This document shows positions 17,570-25,200 of a stretch of 26,437 nt of DNA, piece by piece. The stretch's first letter is position 1. Every line of letters starts with the position of its first letter. This stretch comes from a virus. Taxonomy: Duplodnaviria; Caudoviricetes. The position numbers and the translations under genes are program-made. The notes beneath the pieces were generated by a model. It saw nothing but the letters and a program-made list of their open reading frames with translations. It was not told the origin of the DNA and did no database searches. The stretch is taken from positions 1 through 26,437 of the IMG/VR virus record IMGVR_UViG_3300042887_000392; one strand, 5' to 3'.

Positions 17570-18449
17570 ACCTATTTGGTTTAAAAAAATTAAAGATACA
17601 GATACTATTGATTTAAAACAGCATGCAAAAACTATTAATATAGGAACACCTTTATATAAAATATTTGTAGCAACACCAGTTCATAGTGAATGTTCAATTC
17701 ATTACACACAAGCATTATTAAAGTTTCAACAACAATGTATGATGAACAATATCATGGTATCTTTTTCACTTCTTAAATCATCATTAGTTACACAAGGAAG
17801 AAATTTATGTGTGGCTGGTTTTTTAAATGATCCTTCCAATTATACTCATTTATTATTCATAGATTCTGATATTGATTTTAGTTTTGAAACCATAATCAAA
17901 ATGTTAAAATTAGATAAAGAACTAATAGCAGCTCCTTATCCAATGAAGTATATTAACTGGGATCAAGTATGGGATAGAGTTCAATCTAATAAAATTAAAA
18001 CTAAAGAAGAATTGATGAGATGTGGATTCATATATCCAATAAAAATGGATAACATGATTGATCCTAAAAAGAATCAAATTACAGTTGTGAATGGTGTTAT
18101 GGAAGTATCCCATGCTCCAACTGGATGTATGTTAATTAAAAGACAAGTATTTGATAAAATGATTAAAGCGTATCCAGAAGATAGAATCGAGCAACATACA
18201 ATTGTAAATGGAGAAGCTAAAATTACTGAAAACATGTACAACTTTTTTGATACAATTCATGAATCAGATAGTAAAAAATATTATGGAGAAGACTTTGGAT
18301 TCTGTAAAAAATGGACAAAAATAGGTGGAAAATGTTATTGTTATGTTGAAGATCCTATTACTCATATTGGTGAATATCAATATTCAGGTAGTTTAAAAGA
18401 TAATTTAGAATTCGTTAATACCGTTGACGATTCAAAGAAAAACAAGTAA
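17553..18449 (+). CDS. Glycosyltransferase, GT-A fold (GT2-like)
   Basis: 298 aa, AAGGAG at 17541-17546. VATP, SLV..GRN, LLFIDSD (DxD), TGCMLIKR.VF, EDFGFC..W, H.G. Confidence 0.82.
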   Translation: MQDASKPIWFKKIKDTDTIDLKQHAKTINIGTPLYKIFVATPVHSECSIHYTQALLKFQQQCMMNNIMVSFSLLKSSLVTQGRNLCVAGFLNDPSNYTHLLFIDSDIDFSFETIIKMLKLDKELIAAPYPMKYINWDQVWDRVQSNKIKTKEELMRCGFIYPIKMDNMIDPKKNQITVVNGVMEVSHAPTGCMLIKRQVFDKMIKAYPEDRIEQHTIVNGEAKITENMYNFFDTIHESDSKKYYGEDFGFCKKWTKIGGKCYCYVEDPITHIGEYQYSGSLKDNLEFVNTVDDSKKNK

Positions 18450-18452
18450 AGT
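18424..18452 (+). promoter_or_regulatory. Putative sigma70 promoter for ejection-protein operon
   Basis: TTGACG (18424-18429), 17 bp, TAAAGT (18447-18452, includes the upstream TAA stop). A second TATAAT lies at 18480-18485. Confidence 0.55.
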
Positions 18453-18502
18453 ATACGTTTTCAGGACTCTGTGCCTGCCTATAATTAACTAATGTATTAA
18501 AT

Positions 18503-20377
18503 ATGGATTCTATAGCTACGGCACGAGATTTTTTTATAAACCAACAAGGAATGAGCCCTGACCAAGCTGACATGATAGTTAGTCAAGGATTGCAGGCTTA
18601 TAATCAACAAACACAACCTAGAAGCATGATGCAAATGGCATCAGGTGGTATTGCAAGACTTGGTTATCAAATGGGTGGAAGCCCAGTAGGTGTTCAAACA
18701 ATGCCTATGGATTATGGTCAATCATTACAAGTACCTCAACTACAACAATCTATGTTTACTCCAACGGGAAGTGCAACATCTAGTCCGTTATTAAACTATG
18801 GGCAAACAGGAATTGGAAAAGCAGGTGGAACACCTTTAACAATGCGTGGTGGTGGTATTGCAAGATTAGGTTATCAAGAAGGTGGAATGACAATGACACA
18901 ATTTGGAGCTCCACAAGAAGAACCTATATTTCCAAGATTAGAAACTTTAAGTGAAAACTTAGGACAAGCAGAAGAAAAATTAGGAACACCATCTAATAAT
19001 CAATTTGGTATTTCTCCTATGACTTCTGCATTTACAGGGCAACCTAGATTTGGTTACGAATCTGGTGGTGTGACTGTGCCATCACAAGGATCTGAAATGT
19101 CACAACTTGGACAAATGGATCCAGCACAAGCTGTAGAAGTAATTACTAAATTATTAATTGAGAATGGAGTTCCTCCAGAACAAGCACAACAATTAGCATT
19201 ACAAATTATACAAATATTTGCACAAGGTGGAGAACCCGCGGTTGAAGAATTTGCAAATCAATTAGAACAACAAGAAACAGAAGCAATGGCTTCTGGTGGT
19301 ATTGCAGGATATGGTTATAGACAAGGATATTTTGTAGGTGGTATTGCTAAAGCAGTTGGAAGTGTATTTAAAGGAGCAGCAAAGGCAGTTTCAGGGGTTG
19401 TTAAAGGAGTAGCTAATGCAGTTAAATCAGTTGTTAAAAGTGATATAGGTAAATTAGCTTTACTTGCAGGTGGTGCATATTTAATGATGAATCCTGGAAT
19501 ACTTTCAGGATTAGGTGCAGGAACTGCAGCAGGAACAACAGCTGCTCAAACAGCGGCATTAACAGAAGCAGGATTAGGTGGATTAGGTGCTACATCTTTA
19601 ACTGCAGGAACAGGTTCTTTAGTATTACCAACAGCGGCTTCTGTAGGAGCAGCATTGCCTGCAACGGCTGGAGGATTAACAGCAGCGGGTGGATCACTTG
19701 CTCTACCTGCAGCAACATCAATAACAGCGGATGCATTAGCAGCTGCAACACCTAGTTTTTTTGAAACTGCTAAATCTGTAGCAATGGATCCATCTTTTTC
19801 AGGAATTAAAGCATTAGGACAACAAGGATTATCTAGTATTGCAAATTTAGGTTCAGAAGCACTAGATTATGCAAGTAAAAATAAATTAAGTACGGCTCTT
19901 ACACTTACAAATTTAGCTTCACTAGGGGCTCAATTAGGTATGCCAAGAAATGAAGGTGAAGATGACATGTCTTATGAAAAAAGATTAAAAGAAGCTCAAG
20001 GTTATTTAACTAATTATGGAAGAAATTTAAAAATAACTAATCCTTATTTCTATCAGAGAGAAGGTGCAGTAAATCCATTTGCTCCAACTATGGCAGCTAA
20101 TGGTGGTATAATGGGATATGCAAAAGGTGGATCAATGGTTCCTCCTGCTAGACAAATTGAAGGTGGTATTATAGAATTAGATGCAAGAAAAACAGGTGGA
20201 TATATTCCATATGGTAAAAAGGAACGAGTAGATGACGTTCCTGCAATGCTTGCAAAAGATGAATTCGTATTTACTTCACGTGCAGTCAAGGCTGCAGGTG
20301 GTGGAAGCGCGAGAAAAGGAGCTGCTAAAATGTATGCACTTATGAAACAATTAGAATCAAAAGGAGCTAGAGCGTAA
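18503..20377 (+). CDS. Internal virion / DNA ejection protein with repeated xxGG motifs and tape-measure-like C-terminal domain
   Basis: 624 aa, Gly/Ala/Gln/Met-rich. Five MA.GGI..GY..GG-type units, amphipathic then hydrophobic Ala/Gly segments, C-terminal GG.IP...DDVPAML..DEFVFT..AV. Confidence 0.7.
   Translation: MDSIATARDFFINQQGMSPDQADMIVSQGLQAYNQQTQPRSMMQMASGGIARLGYQMGGSPVGVQTMPMDYGQSLQVPQLQQSMFTPTGSATSSPLLNYGQTGIGKAGGTPLTMRGGGIARLGYQEGGMTMTQFGAPQEEPIFPRLETLSENLGQAEEKLGTPSNNQFGISPMTSAFTGQPRFGYESGGVTVPSQGSEMSQLGQMDPAQAVEVITKLLIENGVPPEQAQQLALQIIQIFAQGGEPAVEEFANQLEQQETEAMASGGIAGYGYRQGYFVGGIAKAVGSVFKGAAKAVSGVVKGVANAVKSVVKSDIGKLALLAGGAYLMMNPGILSGLGAGTAAGTTAAQTAALTEAGLGGLGATSLTAGTGSLVLPTAASVGAALPATAGGLTAAGGSLALPAATSITADALAAATPSFFETAKSVAMDPSFSGIKALGQQGLSSIANLGSEALDYASKNKLSTALTLTNLASLGAQLGMPRNEGEDDMSYEKRLKEAQGYLTNYGRNLKITNPYFYQREGAVNPFAPTMAANGGIMGYAKGGSMVPPARQIEGGIIELDARKTGGYIPYGKKERVDDVPAMLAKDEFVFTSRAVKAAGGGSARKGAAKMYALMKQLESKGARA
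18635..20131 (+). repeat. Dispersed peptide repeat (M/Y/F)-x-x-G-G, five units
   Basis: Units at 18635-18679, 18842-18886, 19046-19069, 19286-19342 and 20090-20131. The first two share ggtggtattgcaagaYtWggttatcaa at 18644-18670 and 18851-18877. Confidence 0.85.
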
Positions 20378-21210
20378 TGGCTGAAATTACACAAACACAA
20401 ACATTACCAGCACCATTTATAGAAGCTTTAGGTAAAACCTATGGGGAACAATTAACATCAGCTATTGGTGGTTTAAAAGATTTAGATGTATCTAAAATTT
20501 ATGGACCACAATTTGTAGCTCCACAAGGAGCTCTTGCTGAACAGGCACAACAATTGGCTGGTGGACTTGGAGCATATCAACCTTATTTACAAGCAGCACA
20601 GGCTGCAACTGGACCTACTGCATATCAACAGTATATGTCTCCATATCAACAAGATGTTATTAACACAACTTTAAGACAATATGATATTCAATCACAAAAA
20701 GGTCTACCAGCACTAGCAGCACAAGCAATAGCAGCAGGTGCATATGGAGGAGGACGTGAAGGTGTACAAAGAGCAGAATACCAAACACAATCAGATTTAA
20801 ATAGAGCTTTACTTGAAGCACAATTAAGACAACAAGGATTTGGTCAAGCTCAAAGTTTAGCAACTAATCAATTTAATCAACAAATGCAATTAGCTGGTCA
20901 ACAACAAGGATTATTAGGACAACAAATATCTGGGCTTTCTGCATTAGGTGCACAACAACAAGCGCAACAACAAGCTCAATTAGAAGCACAAAAACAATTA
21001 GAATATCAAAAAATTTATCAACCTTTACAAACTGCTCAACAATTTGGTCAAGGTATTACAGGTCTTATTGCTGGATATCCTCAACAAACTCAACAGCAAA
21101 TTGCTCCTTCTCCTTCAGCTTTACAAACAGGTTTAGGTGCTGCTTCAACGTTGGCAGGTATATATAAAACATTATTCCCAAGTCCGTTGCAAATACAACA
21201 GGTAAGATAA
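20377..21210 (+). CDS. Gln-rich DNA ejection / pilot protein
   Basis: 277 aa, TAATG-coupled. YMSPYQQDVI, GAYGG.R.G...AE, L...GF.QAQ, Gln-rich coiled coil, C-terminal GLG...LAG hydrophobic segment. Confidence 0.7.
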   Translation: MAEITQTQTLPAPFIEALGKTYGEQLTSAIGGLKDLDVSKIYGPQFVAPQGALAEQAQQLAGGLGAYQPYLQAAQAATGPTAYQQYMSPYQQDVINTTLRQYDIQSQKGLPALAAQAIAAGAYGGGREGVQRAEYQTQSDLNRALLEAQLRQQGFGQAQSLATNQFNQQMQLAGQQQGLLGQQISGLSALGAQQQAQQQAQLEAQKQLEYQKIYQPLQTAQQFGQGITGLIAGYPQQTQQQIAPSPSALQTGLGAASTLAGIYKTLFPSPLQIQQVR

Positions 21211-21215
21211 ATTAA

Positions 21216-22223
21216 ATGTCTAGAATATTAAGAAGACCAATGTTTAGAGGTGGGTCAATAAGTAGTGAAGGTATTATGTCTGTACCTAGAAAAAAATATG
21301 AAGAAGGAACTGATGCGGGTGGAGTACAAGATTTTGATATTTCTAGTTATGGATATCCTTATGATCAAGGCGATGGAGGTAGTGATTACACTGCTTTAGC
21401 AGGTAAATCAGAAGATTTAAATATTAACCCTTCTTTGATTAAAAAAGAAACTGCTCAAATAAAAGATAAAGCAAAAATATATAAAGCTTTAGGACAAGAA
21501 GTAGAAGAAGGATCTTATGGAGATTTACTACTTAAAGAATATTTGGGTAATAGACCAGATCCAATGGGTAAATTTTTAATTAATTTTGGTTTAAATTATA
21601 TGTCAGCTAGACCAAGAGGTGGTAAATTTGGAGCATTTGCAACAGCTGCGGATGCTGCTAAAAAACCTACAGAACAATTATATGCAGACATAGACACTGA
21701 TAGACTATTAAAATTAAAATTAATGGGTGCTCTTTCTAAGAGTGATGGTAAAGGAGCATTTGAAAAAAAGATAGATGCTATTTGGAAATCAGAACAAAAT
21801 AAACCTGAAGGTAAAAGAAAATTTAATTCAAGAGAAGAAGTTGTAGATACTGTACTTAGTACAGAACAATATACAAAACAAGAATCACCTGAAGTAAGAA
21901 TTGAAAAAAGAACAGCTGAAATTTTAAAAGAACCAGGTGGAGCTGCTACTAGAGAATCTGCAAGAAATAAAGCTGAGTTTGAATTATATTCAATTAATAA
22001 AATACCAAAAACTGAAAAAGAAAAAATAAATTTTAACAATCCATATTTTATTGAAGTAGGTCAAATTATTCAAAAACCTGGTTCTACAGATTTTAAATTA
22101 GAAGGAGTAACAGAAGGAAATTTAAAACAATTTAAAACTAATAGAAACTACGTAGATCCAAATACAAGATCCGTTTATACATATCTAGGACCTAATACAT
22201 TTAGATTTGTATCAAAATATTAA
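21216..22223 (+). CDS. Putative internal virion / ejection protein
   Basis: 335 aa. N-terminal IL.RPMFRGG...GI motif, central FL..FGL...S...GG amphipathic segment, charged C-terminal half. Lies within the ejection block. Confidence 0.55.
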   Translation: MSRILRRPMFRGGSISSEGIMSVPRKKYEEGTDAGGVQDFDISSYGYPYDQGDGGSDYTALAGKSEDLNINPSLIKKETAQIKDKAKIYKALGQEVEEGSYGDLLLKEYLGNRPDPMGKFLINFGLNYMSARPRGGKFGAFATAADAAKKPTEQLYADIDTDRLLKLKLMGALSKSDGKGAFEKKIDAIWKSEQNKPEGKRKFNSREEVVDTVLSTEQYTKQESPEVRIEKRTAEILKEPGGAATRESARNKAEFELYSINKIPKTEKEKINFNNPYFIEVGQIIQKPGSTDFKLEGVTEGNLKQFKTNRNYVDPNTRSVYTYLGPNTFRFVSKY

Positions 22224-22231
22224 AGGTTCAT

Positions 22232-25200
22232 ATGTCAAACGAAAACTTTGATAGCATTAAAGAATTAGAAAATGCAGAAGATAATCAAGTATTTTCTAAA
22301 GTAGATAAACCAATTCCAAACGTATCTGATTTCAGTGATTATGTAACTCCACAAGAAGTTACAGATGGTTTAACTTACAAAGCTCCTAAACCTACGGTCG
22401 ATCGTAAAGAATTAACAATTGAAGAAAGACTTGCACAAGGTCCTAAATATAAAGATAAATCTAAATTAGAAACAATTTTATTTGGACCAGATATAGAATT
22501 ACAAGGTGACTTTGGAATACCGGCACAAAGAGTGGTTGAAAGATTATATAGAAAAGGAGCGGGTAAAGAAGTAGAGCCTGTAGATAATTTTTCAACAACT
22601 GAATCTATGGTTGCTGGATTAATAGATGGAAATATAAAATTAGTTAAATTCCCAGTTAATATTGCATCAGAAGTAATAGACTTTGCAAGAGGGTCAGGAG
22701 TTGAGCCAGATAAAAGTGCAGTTGCAAAGGTCGAAAAATATTTTACAGATAGTATACTTGGAAAAATTGCAACTGAAGCAGAAGACATTGCATTTACCGA
22801 TGCCGCAGGAAAATTAACTTCTGCAGCTACTCAAATTCTTGGACTTTCAAAACCAACACAAGCATTAAGTGATTGGGGATTTAAAACTGCAAATAGATAT
22901 TTTGAAGCAGCAAAACTTGGTAAAGTTGCGACCAATAGTAAAAGTTTAGAACGAGCAACAAAAGAAGCTTTAAGATTAAATCAATTAAGTGGTAAACAAA
23001 AGTTTGCATCTTTTATGATTGGTGGTGGGCTTGGTATGGCTGCAGTTGCTGATCCAGAAGAATTTGGAACATTATCTGAATTACTAGAAGGAACAAGATT
23101 TGAAAATACATTAGGTGTACTTGGATTAGACCGTGAAAAAAAACAAGATCCACAAGATGAAGCGGCAAGAAGACTTTGGAACAGAACTAAATTAGGAATA
23201 GAACAAGGATTAATAACATGGCCTATTTTATTTGTAGGTGGAAAAATTGGTAAAATGATAAATAAACAATCTAAAGATGTTTATGCAAGTAACGAAGATT
23301 TAGATAGATGGATTGAAAAATATTTTATGACTCCATTTAAATCTAGAGGTGTAAAGCCCGATGAATTATTTGAGGAAATGCAAAGGGTAAAAGGTAAAAT
23401 ATCTTCAGGACAAGTTGCTTCAATAGATATAATAAAAGATATAGACGCAACTCTTCTTAAAATTGCAAAAGAATCTGGTATTAATAAAGGAACTCCTGAG
23501 TTAAAAAGATTAATAGGAAGAATGGATGAACTACTTGTTACAGGATCTGATATTGTTAAAGGTAAAGAATTTTTATTTAAAGGCTTTGATCCTAAAAAAT
23601 TATCTGAATTTAAAAAATTTACATCAGCAGAACTTGGATTAGGTGCAGATCAAATAGAAAGATTGGTTGCAGAATTAGCAAAAGCTAGGAATATATTTAA
23701 TACATATAAGAATACATTTTTTGCAGGAGGTAATATAAATGCTGCGGCTAATGATTTTGCTAAAATTATGTCTGAAAGAATGCAAAACATTTGGACATCA
23801 GAATATAGAATATTTGAAGATAATTTTAAAATATTTCCGTGGCTAAGATATAAGCCAATTCAATCTAATTTAGATGATGCTAAACAAGTATTAGGACGTT
23901 ATGCAGCTCAAAATGGAGCAAGATTAACAGATCAACAATTAGATGAACAATTACAAACAATATTAAAAGAAGTAAGAAGGGATCCATTAACAGGATCTCC
24001 AGAATTTCCTTTATACAATCAAAGTATTTTAGCTGAAGATGGAATACAATATATAAACATGGCTAAAAGTTTTGAAGGTGGAAAATTTAAGCCAAGTGAT
24101 TTATTTAAAAAAGAAGAAGATGTTAGAAAATTTCAAAGATTGTTTGGACAAAAAAGAGATTTAAGAAATACAATTGCAAGTACTATGTCTGATCTTGCAA
24201 CTCTTACTTCAAAAGATACATTTTATAATAATATTTTAAAACTTAATGATGATTTAATAAAACAAAAAAGACCTGGAATATTTTATGATAGTCCAACAGC
24301 AGCAAGAAGTGGTTTAAGAAATGTTATAGATGGAGATAATATTATAACTACAAAAGGTGGGTTAAATATAAAATCTCCTATTGGTGAAGATTTTTATACT
24401 AATCCTTTAAATGGTAAGTATACATCTAAACCTTATGCAGATGCTTTAAATTTTTCTGAAAAAGTATTGTTTGATGAAGTAGCAAGAAATACTTGGTATC
24501 AACATTTAGTTCTTATTCCAAAAGGATTAACACAAGTTTCAAAAACAGTATTAGGTCCTTTTACACATACAAGAAACTTTATAACTCAAGGACAATTTGT
24601 TTTAGCAAATGGTAATTTATTTAAAGATCCTAAAAAAATAGCGGAAAATTTTAAACGAGCTTTTAATACTGTTCAACCGCAACTTATTTATAGAAATTTA
24701 CCTAAAGATCAAGCTATGGCAAGATTTTTAATTGAAGAAGGAGTTATGAGTTCGAGTGCTATTGCTGCGGATATATCAGGTTTAATAGAAGATATGTCTA
24801 AAACAGGAGATGTTTATTCAAGGCTATTTGGAAAATTTGGTAATAAAATGAAAGATCTTTATAAATTTGCTTTTGATTTATATGTTGCAGAAGATGATAT
24901 TTGGAAAGTTTATAGTACTTTTTCTGAATTTGATAATTATAAAAATCTTTACACTAATGCTGTTAAATCAGGAAAACTTAAAAACATGCCAACTGATTTA
25001 GAAATAATGAAACAAGCAACAAAAATTGTAAGAGATACTTTACCAAACTATGCATACGTTGGTGATTTTATTAAATCTATGAGAAGAACTCCACTTGGAA
25101 ACTTTATGTCTTGGCCAGCATCTGTAATAAGATCTGGATTAAAAACATTTGAACTTGCACAAAAAGAAATAAAAGATCCTATTTTACATTCACAAGGTGT

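Noticed and set aside
18462-18477. CAGG-N8-CCTG inverted repeat in the intergenic leader
   Set aside because: Only a 4-bp stem with no U-tract, too weak to call a terminator or structured RNA.
1-22223. No called gene ends in TAG, suggesting possible stop codon recoding
   Set aside because: Genes are intact under the standard bacterial code with no in-frame TAG needed. Low GC and TAATG/ATGA coupling explain the stop usage.
4183-22788. All minus-strand ORFs in the track (4183, 5211, 7551, 9412, 9764, 14491, 17922, 20053, 20660, 21596, 22375) and + strand 5274..5465
   Set aside because: They are shadows lying within well-supported + strand genes and have no recognisable motifs.
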